64,000 bases of DNA from a virus. The notes below the pieces were generated by a model. The model ran no database searches. It was not told where the DNA came from and saw only the letters and a list, made by a program, of their open reading frames with translations. Numbering within the stretch: position 1 is the stretch's first letter; each line of letters begins with the position of its first letter. The stretch lies in the UHGV virus genome UHGV-1374671, one strand, 5' to 3'. Below are positions 35,270 to 45,405 of this stretch, in pieces. Made by a program: the position numbers and the translations under genes.

Positions 35270-36115
35270 ATGAATCAGTCTCCGATTTACACCGTGGTCA
35301 AAAACAACTCCAACGTCGACCGTACGATCCGCTGGACCGGTGAGGCGCCCATCTGGATCGGGGCCGGTGCAACCGTTGAAATTCCCTATGAGGCTTGGTC
35401 CAAAGCCGACCGCAACAAGCGCACTTCCATGATCGCCGACCTTCAGTCCGGAGCCACTTCCGTGTCTCTGAAAGTCCTGCAGGCGGATGGCTCCTATCTG
35501 GCTGTTCCGTATTCCGTGCCCACCATCATGACCAGCAAGTGCAGAGGCACTGCGACTGTCACGGTGAAGGACAAAGCTCTTGCCTTCAACGAGGACGACT
35601 CCCGTCACAATATCAAAGTCAAGTCCGGAGATGCTGAGAAGGCCGCTGAACATTACGGAGCCACCAAAGCCGCTGAAGAGCCCGTTACCGGAACTCGCAT
35701 CGAAGGTGCCAGCACCGATGGCTTCCAGAAGGACACTGATACGCTGGTGAAAAGCACCCGGGAAACGATTGCCGAAAGCGAGGCCCGTATGAAGGCCGAA
35801 GAAGAAGAGACCGCCGAGAAAGAGTCCCAGGCTGTTGAATCTGACACCGGAAAGCCTGTTGACGACGACAAGGATGACGAAAAGAACGATACCCAGGACA
35901 GCGCTTCCGATGGCGATGATGATGACAAGGAGGCCGAGCTGCCCGAGGATGCCGCCCGTAAGATCTTCGCTGAAAGCATCGCTGCGAAGAACTGGGAAGG
36001 AGCTCGTGGCGTCATGTGCACGTACTTTGGAGAGGACAAGGTCACCTTCAGCGCCAAGACCGTGTCTGCGATGAAGGACTGGGACGCCATTGTCGCCAAG
36101 TACAAGCTGGCGTAA
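35270..36115 (+). CDS. hypothetical protein with acidic C-terminal half
   Basis: RBS aaagga; 281 aa. Confidence 0.6.
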   Translation: MNQSPIYTVVKNNSNVDRTIRWTGEAPIWIGAGATVEIPYEAWSKADRNKRTSMIADLQSGATSVSLKVLQADGSYLAVPYSVPTIMTSKCRGTATVTVKDKALAFNEDDSRHNIKVKSGDAEKAAEHYGATKAAEEPVTGTRIEGASTDGFQKDTDTLVKSTRETIAESEARMKAEEEETAEKESQAVESDTGKPVDDDKDDEKNDTQDSASDGDDDDKEAELPEDAARKIFAESIAAKNWEGARGVMCTYFGEDKVTFSAKTVSAMKDWDAIVAKYKLA

Positions 36116-36132
36116 CCTGATCAGGTAACCAG

Positions 36133-36183
36133 GTGTGCCCGGGTATCTGTTCCAGTGCGGAGCTGCCCGGGCACGTTTGTTTC
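36133..36183 (+). terminator. rho-independent terminator
   Basis: gtgcccggg and cccgggcac form a 9-bp stem, followed by gtttgtttcc. Confidence 0.6.
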
Positions 36184-36246
36184 CTGACCCGTAAGCACTG
36201 GTAAAGTGCATTTTATTTTAAAGCTAAATACCTCAAGGAGGATAAC

Positions 36247-36525
36247 ATGGCGAGAGACATTTTTGGGCGTAAGCGCGGGGCTTCCGACCGTCAGGATCAC
36301 CCGGTTCCGTACGAGATCGACTCCAGTACCGGAGAGGGTGGCACCGTCAGATACACGCGGTTCTTCGACATGGGAGATGAGCCTTGCGGAATCATGAAGG
36401 AAGAATATACGGGTGAAATGCCCAATCCCACCTTCTATCGCTGCACTTGGGCCTTTGATAAATGGGACAACCGCACTAAAGCCACGTACATTCCGATTAA
36501 CCAGTGCTGGGACTACGAGAACTAA
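36247..36525 (+). CDS. small hypothetical protein
   Basis: RBS caaggagga; 92 aa. Confidence 0.55.
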   Translation: MARDIFGRKRGASDRQDHPVPYEIDSSTGEGGTVRYTRFFDMGDEPCGIMKEEYTGEMPNPTFYRCTWAFDKWDNRTKATYIPINQCWDYEN

Positions 36526-36537
36526 CGGGGGTTCCGT

Positions 36538-39500
36538 ATGGCGGAACAGGCCAAATACATAACTCTGAAGGACAACAAGCTCTCGTTAAAAGACTTGTTG
36601 ACTCAGATCAGTGCAGTGCTGGAAGATGGTGTTCCCGTACTGAAGATCACCAGCTCCATTCAGTTCTCCGATCAGGTGTCTGGTGTGGTTGGCGGTCTTC
36701 GGTACAACATGGAGACCTCCTCCGTCGAATACTCCAACGACGGAGGCGCCACATGGAATGCGCTGTCTTCGGAGTCGTTCTGGTGGGAGGCTGGAAAGTC
36801 TTACACAGTGGGCACTGTCGTACTGCACGCCACTGGCTGGTATGTATGCCGGATTGCAACGAACAACGCAATCCCAGGAACGTCCGCCGAATGGAACCTG
36901 CTCACTCCTGGCACGATTTTCCAATATGTCACCAGCTCTGCGCAACTGAAAGCGGCGCTGGAAACGGCGACCTCCAAAGTGACCATTATCATGAAGGGGG
37001 ACATCACCACTGCCGTCAGCGCCACTGTGACAGCCGGTACCGTTACGATTTATTCTGACGAGGCCACCACGATACGCAGCACGCTGACCATCGCGGCTCC
37101 GTCCAACGGTAACATTTACTGGCACTCTCAAGGAACCGAATTCAGTGGCGGTTCCATCACGATCACCAGCGGCACGCTGTGGATCGACAGGCTCAAGTGC
37201 ACGGTTGGCACCCAGGCAACGCTTACCGGCGACATCAAATATCAGCGCATCGACGGAACCTTCACCGGCGGCACAATCAACCGCTGGGTGGACATGGGAG
37301 TCGACGACCTGGTTCCTAAAGACCTGTCGACGCTGGAAGAGGTCGCTTACGCGGACGCGCTGAAGTTGTACGTGGACGCCGGCAACCAGTACGGGTATCT
37401 CACAATGGCCAGCTTTGCCACCAGAGTGGCCGAGCTGGCTGCGGCGTACTTCAACATTGATCTTACCGGCCCCCTCAGCTTGAAACCCAGTACGGCTCCC
37501 CGTGGCTATATCTTCTATGCCACGGACACTGGAGATTTGTACATCATGGGCGAGAACAACGTATGGGGGCCGCCCATTCATATCCAGGGGCCTGCTGGCG
37601 CTCAGGGGCAGATCGGCTACACCGTCATGCCAGCTGTCGACGCGGACGGCAATCTGTCCTGGAAGGCGATGCTCATCAACCAGACGGAAACTGGCCCTGA
37701 AGTGCCTCAGCCCGTCAACATCAAAGGCGCTGACGGCAAATCGGCTTTTGTGATCTGGAAAGAGGAGATGGGCAACCCAGGCAGCACCGTGGACGACTTC
37801 CTTGAAGCGCTGGGCATCGGTAATCGCCGCATGATCTTCACATATCTGGATGTGGTGGAACCCGACAAGAACGTCACCTTTCTTACCAAGTACCCGTTTA
37901 TCGCGGTGCTCGACAATATTGGTCTCCAATGGGAGCTGGCAAACGGTCGCGTTCATTACAACGACGATTCCGTCACCATCAACCTGACCGATGTGTACCA
38001 GGCCAAGGGGTTGGTGGATTCTCCTGCCAGCATCGACACAGGACTGGGAACATACGCACGGGACGTCACCAAGGATGCGGAAGGGGCTTTCGCCTGGTAT
38101 AATGCCCAGGTCGAGACTTCCACGCTGTTCACGGCCCTGCAAGAGCCTGCTGTGGCCTCGTATGCGTACACCAACCCTGAGCTTACTGAAAACCCTGTTG
38201 TCGTCAACGCGTACACACCGGAAGTCAAGTCTCCGACCATCGAAGGCAACTGGTACGGGTTGTTTGGCGGGGGTGGCGGCAATGATGGTGGTACCGGTGA
38301 TGTTGAGATCGTTGGAGTGGAAACCCTGCCCACCGGGTCCGACGCCACGTTGAAAGACACCCAGGAGAGCACCTCTCTTCATCGGAAGTACATCCTGGGC
38401 ATACCGGCGGGACCTACCGGATATTCATACAGCACTCCCAAGCCGTTCGATCTGACGGAAACGTATTATCCTCCCAGTGACGACCGCAGGTACTACACCA
38501 CGGTGCTGCACCAGGGAGGCACCTGGGTCTACATCGCCACCGAGGCATCCAGCGGACACACGCCTCCGGAGCTGCCTGCCACCAGCAATGAATGGTGGCA
38601 GCTGATAGCCAAACCTGGAGAAGACGGAGAGGATATCGGCAACGGGATCTCGGTTCATAAGTTCCAGACCAAGAAGCCGTCCTCCCAGTTGCAGCTTCAT
38701 CTCCAGATGATGCGGTCCCCGACTGGTGTGATCTCAGAGGCTGTGCTGTTCCTGGATACGCTGAACACGGCGGAAGACCGTGCAAAGGTACGGTGCTGGA
38801 ATCCGGAAACCACAGACTGGGAACTGATCACGGCAAACGGGTTCGGTCCGGTGTACAACAACAATCCGGTTAATGTGGACATGTCAGATACGAAACAGGA
38901 GCGATACCTGTTCTATCGCTGGGTAACAGCATCCAACACGTCGGCCACCTGGCAGTCCGCGATTTTCCCGAACTCAGGCACAATCGATTACCTGAACTCG
39001 CTTACGCCTGATGGGCATATCGACTTCACAGCGGCCAACCTGACGGACGGCAGGTATCTGCATCTGACTCCTGCCAGATTTGTACTGGCAGTCATCGACA
39101 ACAATGGAAAACAGTGGCCGTTGGCTTCCGATGAGGTCTCTTATGATTTCGTTACAGACGAGGTCATCGTTGATCTCCAGGGCGTGATGACCAGGTCTGG
39201 TGTGGAATCCATTGTCGGCACCTGGAAGCTGATCACCAACGTAGGTATCATGGAACAGCCTATTGTCGGGGATCACACGCACGACAACAAGCCGGCGCTT
39301 GATCTGATCGGGATCGACCTGCATGGGAACATCACCATCGACGGCGCCATCGTGGTTCCAGCCAACGAGCGCGGAGGCGGTCTGTATCTGATCGACCCGG
39401 AAAACTATGCCGACACCACTACGCTTGTGGATCCCGGCGAGTTTGCGGTGTCCATCGAGCTGGTGCGGCCAGGGGACTACAATGCCATCCGTATGTACCA

Positions 39501-39609
39501 GCAGCTGCACAGCGAAACCTACAACATCAGAATGGACATTCTGAATCCGTTTTCATACAACACTACGATCCCGCGTGTGAATCCCGGGGTCTTGCCTGAA
39601 GGAGAATAA
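36538..39609 (+). CDS. tail fibre / spike protein with collagen-like segment
   Basis: GPPIHIQGPAGAQGQIGYT and KGADGKSAF collagen-like bits; 1023 aa. Confidence 0.6.
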   Translation: MAEQAKYITLKDNKLSLKDLLTQISAVLEDGVPVLKITSSIQFSDQVSGVVGGLRYNMETSSVEYSNDGGATWNALSSESFWWEAGKSYTVGTVVLHATGWYVCRIATNNAIPGTSAEWNLLTPGTIFQYVTSSAQLKAALETATSKVTIIMKGDITTAVSATVTAGTVTIYSDEATTIRSTLTIAAPSNGNIYWHSQGTEFSGGSITITSGTLWIDRLKCTVGTQATLTGDIKYQRIDGTFTGGTINRWVDMGVDDLVPKDLSTLEEVAYADALKLYVDAGNQYGYLTMASFATRVAELAAAYFNIDLTGPLSLKPSTAPRGYIFYATDTGDLYIMGENNVWGPPIHIQGPAGAQGQIGYTVMPAVDADGNLSWKAMLINQTETGPEVPQPVNIKGADGKSAFVIWKEEMGNPGSTVDDFLEALGIGNRRMIFTYLDVVEPDKNVTFLTKYPFIAVLDNIGLQWELANGRVHYNDDSVTINLTDVYQAKGLVDSPASIDTGLGTYARDVTKDAEGAFAWYNAQVETSTLFTALQEPAVASYAYTNPELTENPVVVNAYTPEVKSPTIEGNWYGLFGGGGGNDGGTGDVEIVGVETLPTGSDATLKDTQESTSLHRKYILGIPAGPTGYSYSTPKPFDLTETYYPPSDDRRYYTTVLHQGGTWVYIATEASSGHTPPELPATSNEWWQLIAKPGEDGEDIGNGISVHKFQTKKPSSQLQLHLQMMRSPTGVISEAVLFLDTLNTAEDRAKVRCWNPETTDWELITANGFGPVYNNNPVNVDMSDTKQERYLFYRWVTASNTSATWQSAIFPNSGTIDYLNSLTPDGHIDFTAANLTDGRYLHLTPARFVLAVIDNNGKQWPLASDEVSYDFVTDEVIVDLQGVMTRSGVESIVGTWKLITNVGIMEQPIVGDHTHDNKPALDLIGIDLHGNITIDGAIVVPANERGGGLYLIDPENYADTTTLVDPGEFAVSIELVRPGDYNAIRMYQQLHSETYNIRMDILNPFSYNTTIPRVNPGVLPEGE

Positions 39610-39610
39610 A

Positions 39611-40027
39611 ATGGCAATCGAGACTCACATTCACGCCTTCCCTTTGCTGGCTCCGGTGGATACCATCTACCCGGACGCGGTTGCCGTATGGGATCATGAC
39701 AGGAAGCGCGTGATCATCGGGGACGGCGTTACGATCAACGGCGTCAGGGTCGCCATGATGGAAGACCTGGTGGCGGCTACATCCGTTTTTCTTGAACAGG
39801 AGTTCGCGTCGTTGACCGCCACAGGGGACGCAGGATTCAACGGCGAGCTGTATGTACACCATCTGGTGGCGCCGTCCGGGACAATCTACACTGTGGCTTC
39901 CGGGGACTGTTACTGGAAGGAGGGATACACCTACGTGAAGATGGCTTCGTACATGCAGGCAGAGAATATGCCTACGTTTACCGGAACCTGGATCGCGGTC
40001 TACAACCCGCGTCCTACTGCGTCTTGA
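39611..40027 (+). CDS. fibre N-terminal-domain paralog (138 aa)
   Basis: MAIETHIHAFPLLAPVDTIYPDAVAVWDHDRKRVIIGDGVTINGVRV aligns with the N-terminus of the 1798-aa fibre (MESVIPVHYHQLPLITGTDIVYEEALPLWDMNAKRIIVGDGVTPGGVRI). Confidence 0.65.
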   Translation: MAIETHIHAFPLLAPVDTIYPDAVAVWDHDRKRVIIGDGVTINGVRVAMMEDLVAATSVFLEQEFASLTATGDAGFNGELYVHHLVAPSGTIYTVASGDCYWKEGYTYVKMASYMQAENMPTFTGTWIAVYNPRPTAS

Positions 40028-40037
40028 AAAAGGAGAG

Positions 40038-40065
40038 CCTGCCGGCGCTTCGGAACCGGCAGGCC
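40038..40065 (-). terminator. hairpin gcctgccgg / cgcttcggaa / ccggcaggc whose T-tract lies on the minus-strand side
   Basis: 9-bp stem; preceded on + by gaaaaaggagag, so the U-run follows the stem only on the minus strand. Confidence 0.35.
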
Positions 40066-40178
40066 TGGAGGATAATGGATGCTTCGACCATCTCTGTTAT
40101 TACATATACGTCAAGTCCTGCTTAACCCGGCGTGTTTGGTAGGATAAAGAAAATAAACACGTCAGTTGGAGATATAAC

Positions 40179-40493
40179 ATGAGCTTATCCCCAGAGCAAT
40201 TCGAGGCACTTCTTCGAGCACTACGGTCACCGGAGGGATCCAATATTTCTATGTTGGTGTTTACAGGCATTATCGCGACAGTTGCTTTGCTCGGTGTCGT
40301 ATGGTTTATTATCAACCTCAGAATGAAACCGGTGGAACGTTTGGAAAAGCAGCTCGAAAGCATCCAGAAATTGCTGACGGAACTGACGTCCAAGATGTGG
40401 ACCACGGAGAACTTGGAAAACAAGGTGCGCGTCATTGTGCAGGAACATATTGGAAAGCACGAGAACTCCTGTCCTTATCGGAAAACCCGGTGA
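40179..40493 (+). CDS. small single-pass membrane protein with coiled coil (holin/spanin-like, speculative)
   Basis: TM segment MLVFTGIIATVALLGVVWFIINL, then a coiled coil. Confidence 0.5.
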   Translation: MSLSPEQFEALLRALRSPEGSNISMLVFTGIIATVALLGVVWFIINLRMKPVERLEKQLESIQKLLTELTSKMWTTENLENKVRVIVQEHIGKHENSCPYRKTR

Positions 40494-40511
40494 CAATTCC
40501 CTGTTCAGTAT

Positions 40512-40554
40512 AGGACCGCTTGCCGCAATATCGTAGGTAGGCGGTCTTTTTATT
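40512..40554 (+). terminator. rho-independent terminator
   Basis: aggaccgc and gcggtctt pair around a 21-nt loop, followed by tttatt. Confidence 0.5.
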
Positions 40555-40559
40555 GGAGA

Positions 40560-42188
40560 ATGCAAATGGCGGAAGACGATTCTTATCTCGATATACCAGA
40601 AGGTTACAAACCCTGGGTACTCGAAGAGGAGACAAAGGACGAGGACGGCAAGCCCATCACAATCCAGAAGCTCATCCTGGACGAGAACGGCAAGGTCATT
40701 CTCTGTGATGAGTGTCCGTGCCTGAAAAAGTGCTGGTGGCTGTACGAATCCACCTGCGAGATCGAGCAGGACCATGAGACAGGGGAGAAGACCGTCATAT
40801 GGGCGGAGCCTGAGTTGATCGCCGTGAACTGTATGCCGTCCCCTGAGATCGCCAACAAATGGTACTGGGTCAGCTACGGAACTGTATGGCAGTACGTTAC
40901 CAACGACCAGCAGTGCAAGGAATCCCTGAATCTTTGTGAGGAATTCACACCGCCCACGGTAGAGAAGCCGGATTTTGAGGATTGCTGCGAGTTCAACTAT
41001 GTCGGGGGTGGACCTACTGAGCTGCCGTTCGAGTGGGACCAGATCTTCGACAGGTTTGAAGAGGATGAGGAAGGATCCCTGTACCCAGTCTTCCGCCCCA
41101 TTAAAAAGTACAGGGACCTGACCAACGACGACAACGTCGTAATCGGCAGCGCAACGTCAGGGGACTGCGAGTGGTCGGAATGGACTGTGGAGTTCGAGAA
41201 CTTCCAAGGAACTCTCAATGCCAGGATCATTTTTCCGTGCGAGAATGCCGAGCCCAGGATCATGCAGCTTGGATCGGCCGAAGGAGGTCCATTATCAGCC
41301 AAGATCAATCTGTGTCCCACCTGGAAAGCGGAACTGTTCGTCACCACTGACTATGCTTGGAAATATAACACTGACTGGGAAGACCCGGAAGGCGTGCATG
41401 AGGACGCCAGATGGTGGGCGCTTGGCCTGCTCAAGTCACAGCGCTGCGCCAAGTACTGCTTTCTTGAATTCTTCGCACAGTGTCTCAGTCCACAAGGATT
41501 GGAGTTGTCCTGGTGCAAGGAGAACACCGCTCCTATCGTGCTTGGCCCCTTCAGTTCGGAATTCAATCCCCCGTTTCCATATAATCGTGGAGGATGGCTG
41601 GTACCGGATCCGGATAACCCGGACGGGCCATGGATACCGCCCATCACAGATGGCGACGAACCGAGCCAGGTAGCAACACTGGTTCAACTTATGTGCGCAT
41701 CCACGCACTTTCCGAACTGGCTGAAGAACAACTGCACTATTGAAATCACCTGCGAAGATTGGGAAACCCCGAAGCAGTGCGAAGAGCCGGAACCGGATAA
41801 CCAGTGCCCTGGATGGGCGAATCTGGCGTGTACCTGCTGCCACAATCCGTATTTCATGGGATTCAAGACCAATATGCGCTACCGCACTTGCGTCGGTTTC
41901 GACCATGACACCTGCACGTCGGTGTACGGGGGGTATACTGCGGTAGTGGATGAGAACGATCCGTGTTACTGCACAATCACAGCGTCTGATTCTGACTACG
42001 CCGATCGTTGGCCAGTGGGGAGCAGACATTCGTGCGACGCCGTAAGAACGGCCATGGGTGGAGAGCCCATTACCGACACGCTGTATGCCTGGGATGGGTG
42101 CGGCCCTGAGAACTCGATTGGCACCAGACTCAGTGGTGCCGTAACAGACATAAATTGGGATGAGTGGGATGCCGAACACAATAACTAA
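40560..42188 (+). CDS. Cys/Trp-rich protein (542 aa)
   Basis: Dozens of Cys including CDECPCLKKCWW, DCCEF and CTCCHNPYF; no signal peptide. Confidence 0.65.
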   Translation: MQMAEDDSYLDIPEGYKPWVLEEETKDEDGKPITIQKLILDENGKVILCDECPCLKKCWWLYESTCEIEQDHETGEKTVIWAEPELIAVNCMPSPEIANKWYWVSYGTVWQYVTNDQQCKESLNLCEEFTPPTVEKPDFEDCCEFNYVGGGPTELPFEWDQIFDRFEEDEEGSLYPVFRPIKKYRDLTNDDNVVIGSATSGDCEWSEWTVEFENFQGTLNARIIFPCENAEPRIMQLGSAEGGPLSAKINLCPTWKAELFVTTDYAWKYNTDWEDPEGVHEDARWWALGLLKSQRCAKYCFLEFFAQCLSPQGLELSWCKENTAPIVLGPFSSEFNPPFPYNRGGWLVPDPDNPDGPWIPPITDGDEPSQVATLVQLMCASTHFPNWLKNNCTIEITCEDWETPKQCEEPEPDNQCPGWANLACTCCHNPYFMGFKTNMRYRTCVGFDHDTCTSVYGGYTAVVDENDPCYCTITASDSDYADRWPVGSRHSCDAVRTAMGGEPITDTLYAWDGCGPENSIGTRLSGAVTDINWDEWDAEHNN

Positions 42189-42816
42189 AGATGTATGGAT
42201 GGGACACATCAAGGACCTGACCGGATGGGATGATTTTTCGATCAAGGTTCCTGTGATAGGTTTCCCGGACTGCAAGCAGCTGCCGCTGGGTTGGTTGGTG
42301 TCGTACACGACCACTGGCAAACACGGGTTTCAGTTCGACGTATGCACGGTCACCAAAACAGGCCAGTTGTACATGGTGCCCAGCAACGCCCCTGGAGTAT
42401 GCTTTTCGGATACCATGTACTGCCTGTCAGATCATTCTTCCAACAATCCCTGCAATTCTTATTTCTGGCATAACGAGGACAAGCAGTGGAAGTTCAAGAT
42501 AGAGGACGCTGTATTGGTGCAGAGCGTGTCGTTCGTGGACAAGGACACGCTGCTGGTGGTGTATCTGAGTTACAGCAATCAGATCGAGTCGTGCGTGGTC
42601 ACAGAACACGACGCCTGGTTTGTGGAATCCGTACATGGCGACTACATCTGGGCCCTGTGGAAAGACGGTGTGGACTGGATGGGCATAGATCATCTTGGAA
42701 ACACTGTGCGTTGCGAGCCCATATCCATTAACGGCAAGTTCAGCATAGGACCCTGGAAAAGCGGGTTCCTTCTCAATACCAATCCACTGGCGGCGTTGCC
42801 GCCCGATCTTCAATAG
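42160..42816 (+). CDS. hypothetical protein (start uncertain)
   Basis: ORF overlaps the upstream gene by 29 nt; alternative ATG at 42169. Confidence 0.5.
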   Translation: MSGMPNTITKDVWMGHIKDLTGWDDFSIKVPVIGFPDCKQLPLGWLVSYTTTGKHGFQFDVCTVTKTGQLYMVPSNAPGVCFSDTMYCLSDHSSNNPCNSYFWHNEDKQWKFKIEDAVLVQSVSFVDKDTLLVVYLSYSNQIESCVVTEHDAWFVESVHGDYIWALWKDGVDWMGIDHLGNTVRCEPISINGKFSIGPWKSGFLLNTNPLAALPPDLQ

Positions 42817-42825
42817 GAGGACGCA

Positions 42826-43539
42826 ATGGCGTGTTCTTGCAGAAAGCATACAAAAGAAGAGATAACCAGACCCAGGACTGTGAACATCCCGCATGTCGTG
42901 AAACCTGGAGAGTCCTGCATGTTCTGTGCGGAGAAGCATGTGGCCGTAGCCTGTGCAACGTTGCTGGCCGAGCAGCTGAGACCCTACACCAGGCAGGTCG
43001 TCATCGGGGAGCTGGAATGTGCCCGTAGGCACACCTTTCTGGAATACGGATCAGAGTGTGCCGTCATAACGGCCGCATTGAGGGCGTTTCTGTTGCGCAA
43101 TCCAGAAGCTACCGACATACTGACCGAAGCGCAGAAGGTGCTGAACAAGACGGTGTCCCGTATTGAGGCCGGAGAGGATACTGCCGGCAACCGCATGTAT
43201 GTGCCGAAGGACGGTCTGGACAGGGCAGCGCATCCTCTCATCGGGGAGCTTTACTTCTGCGCGGCATTTCGACTTGCCTTTGAGTGCGGGTACGAGTCCG
43301 TGAACCGGTCCATGATTGTCGGAGACCTGTCACTGGCCCAGGTTCACCTGTTTCGGTACAACTACAACTTTGCGGAACGTATCAGGGACATCCGGCACCG
43401 TATCCAACGCTCCGAGTTCAACAGCGTGACCAAGGATTGGATTATCCTGGCGCAGAACATGGACGTCACGCTCACTCCGAACATCGAGAAAATAACGGAA
43501 ACGTACGGGAAGGATCTGTCCTGGTATTTGGGGAATTGA
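42826..43539 (+). CDS. hypothetical protein
   Basis: RBS aggagga; 237 aa. Confidence 0.6.
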   Translation: MACSCRKHTKEEITRPRTVNIPHVVKPGESCMFCAEKHVAVACATLLAEQLRPYTRQVVIGELECARRHTFLEYGSECAVITAALRAFLLRNPEATDILTEAQKVLNKTVSRIEAGEDTAGNRMYVPKDGLDRAAHPLIGELYFCAAFRLAFECGYESVNRSMIVGDLSLAQVHLFRYNYNFAERIRDIRHRIQRSEFNSVTKDWIILAQNMDVTLTPNIEKITETYGKDLSWYLGN

Positions 43540-43554
43540 CCTTAATGCTTCTAT

Positions 43555-44472
43555 ATGGAGGCCAACATGATTTGTATTGCAGAAAACAGCGGTGGAAAAG
43601 GTGGCGTGGCAGGCGGTGGCGGTTCCGCAGGGCAGAGTTCCGGAGTGGCATCCGGTGCGGCTGCGCACGGCTATGGATGGCCCGTGCTGGAAGTTGTGAC
43701 CGGTATGACCACCGATCTCACTGTTCAGCTTACCAAGGACTACAGCGGGGAGGTTGCCTCTGATCTGTCAGGCATAAAGCATGTCATTTTCCGCTGCCGT
43801 CCGTCCATGTGGTCCTTCAACAAGAAGATCCAGGTGGAGTGCGTGTATACTGAGGACGGTGTTGTCACAGTGCATCTCACTCCGAAAGAGCTGAACTACA
43901 ACAACGGCGTCTGGTACGCGGAGTTCCTCTGCTATGCGGACGATGAGATGAAAGTTCTGGTTCAGGACTATCGTGCGTATTTGTGCATCCGCAAGGGCAT
44001 GGACGGAAGTACCGAAGGGCCGAACACAATCACGGTCATGGACGTCAGGCTGGCGGTTATGGATACGTCTCCTGAAGCGAATTCGTTGCTCGACGACCTG
44101 GAGTTCTCCGATATGATGATCCTGCATGCAGTGGAGCGCTGTGTGAACGAATGGAACGAAACCCCGCCAGGGCTGTCCAAGACGTTCGACATGACCACGT
44201 TCCCGTACAAGGAGCATCTGATCAAGGGTGCGGTTGGCTTCCTGATGCAGGAAGTCGCCTATCGCTACACCCGGAACAGGATGCAGTATTCCGCTTCCGG
44301 GCTGCAGTTGGACACCAACGACAAGGGCCCGATGTACGTCCAGCTGGCGCAGGTCGCCAGACAGGAATGGAAGAACTTCGTCGCCCAGAAGAAGACGGAG
44401 CTCAACATGCACGAATGCTTCGGCACGTTCTCGCTGCCGTACTTCGGCAACAAATGGTACCTGGGTTGGTAA
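43555..44472 (+). CDS. hypothetical protein with Gly-rich N-terminus
   Basis: RBS ggagg; 305 aa. Confidence 0.6.
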   Translation: MEANMICIAENSGGKGGVAGGGGSAGQSSGVASGAAAHGYGWPVLEVVTGMTTDLTVQLTKDYSGEVASDLSGIKHVIFRCRPSMWSFNKKIQVECVYTEDGVVTVHLTPKELNYNNGVWYAEFLCYADDEMKVLVQDYRAYLCIRKGMDGSTEGPNTITVMDVRLAVMDTSPEANSLLDDLEFSDMMILHAVERCVNEWNETPPGLSKTFDMTTFPYKEHLIKGAVGFLMQEVAYRYTRNRMQYSASGLQLDTNDKGPMYVQLAQVARQEWKNFVAQKKTELNMHECFGTFSLPYFGNKWYLGW

Positions 44473-44475
44473 CAG

Positions 44476-45405
44476 ATGGCAAATCCGTTTACATCATTGG
44501 AGTGCGCGATCCGGTATGACAATGCCAGGGTGCTGACCTGGGAAATGCTGCCGGGCGCCAACTATCCTCCTGATTTTATACTTCAAGTAGAAAATTCCAG
44601 GGCCGGCGGCCCATGGGAAGTACTGGCCACCGGATTGCGGGATGTATGCGCATTTGTGGATACGAGGCGCAGAAACTACAACAAGCAGATGAACGAGTAT
44701 TACCGGGTGCGTTTACTGTCCAAATGTACCGGTGACAACTGGGTGTCTGAAGTTGTGGAGTCCGGTAATTCCAAAGTGTACCCTTTCAGCACCGAAGCTC
44801 AGAATGTACTGAAACAGGTAGAGAAGGCTATCGAGTTGTCAGGATGCACCGGGGTCCTTCTGAAAAAGAAGACCTGGGGCTGCCGTTGCCCTATGTGCAC
44901 GGACTTTGACAATCAGTCCACTGTGAATGAGCACTGCCCGAACTGTTTCGGAACCGGCATCGACGGCGGTTTCTACAATGGAATAACCATGAACGTCATA
45001 AAGGATTCCATTAACTCCAGTGACGGGCCTACCGCGCATGGATACGGACAGTCCGAGATTGTTAAGGCCAGGTGCATTGCGTATCCCTGGATTCACTTTG
45101 GGGACATCTGGTGCGAGGACATCACCAACAACCGGTTCTACATCCTGGATGCCACGCCGACGTCGTCCTACAAACACATTCCGCTGATCTACTCGATCAC
45201 GATGTCCAGACTGGAGATGACGGATGCGCTCTACACTCCTCCGGCGGATGACAAGGTTCTTTTGAAGGATGTGTGGGAATCCTCGCAGGTGGAGTACACA
45301 CCGGAAACTTTGAAGAAGGAAGAAACACAGTCTGCGATCATGGCCGGCAATCCGGTGCCTCCGCCTCCGAGCGACTGGGATAAAGGACTGGGTGAATGTC
45401 TATAG
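44476..45405 (+). CDS. hypothetical protein with zinc-ribbon-like Cys cluster
   Basis: CRCPMCTDFDNQSTVNEHCPNCFG; also contains dyad motif copy 3. Confidence 0.6.
   Translation: MANPFTSLECAIRYDNARVLTWEMLPGANYPPDFILQVENSRAGGPWEVLATGLRDVCAFVDTRRRNYNKQMNEYYRVRLLSKCTGDNWVSEVVESGNSKVYPFSTEAQNVLKQVEKAIELSGCTGVLLKKKTWGCRCPMCTDFDNQSTVNEHCPNCFGTGIDGGFYNGITMNVIKDSINSSDGPTAHGYGQSEIVKARCIAYPWIHFGDIWCEDITNNRFYILDATPTSSYKHIPLIYSITMSRLEMTDALYTPPADDKVLLKDVWESSQVEYTPETLKKEETQSAIMAGNPVPPPPSDWDKGLGECL
44574..44594 (+). promoter_or_regulatory. dyad motif copy 3 (TTTTATACTTCAAGTAGAAAA), followed by palindrome GGGCCGGCGGCCC
   Basis: Sequence match; sits in frame (DFILQVEN). Confidence 0.45.
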
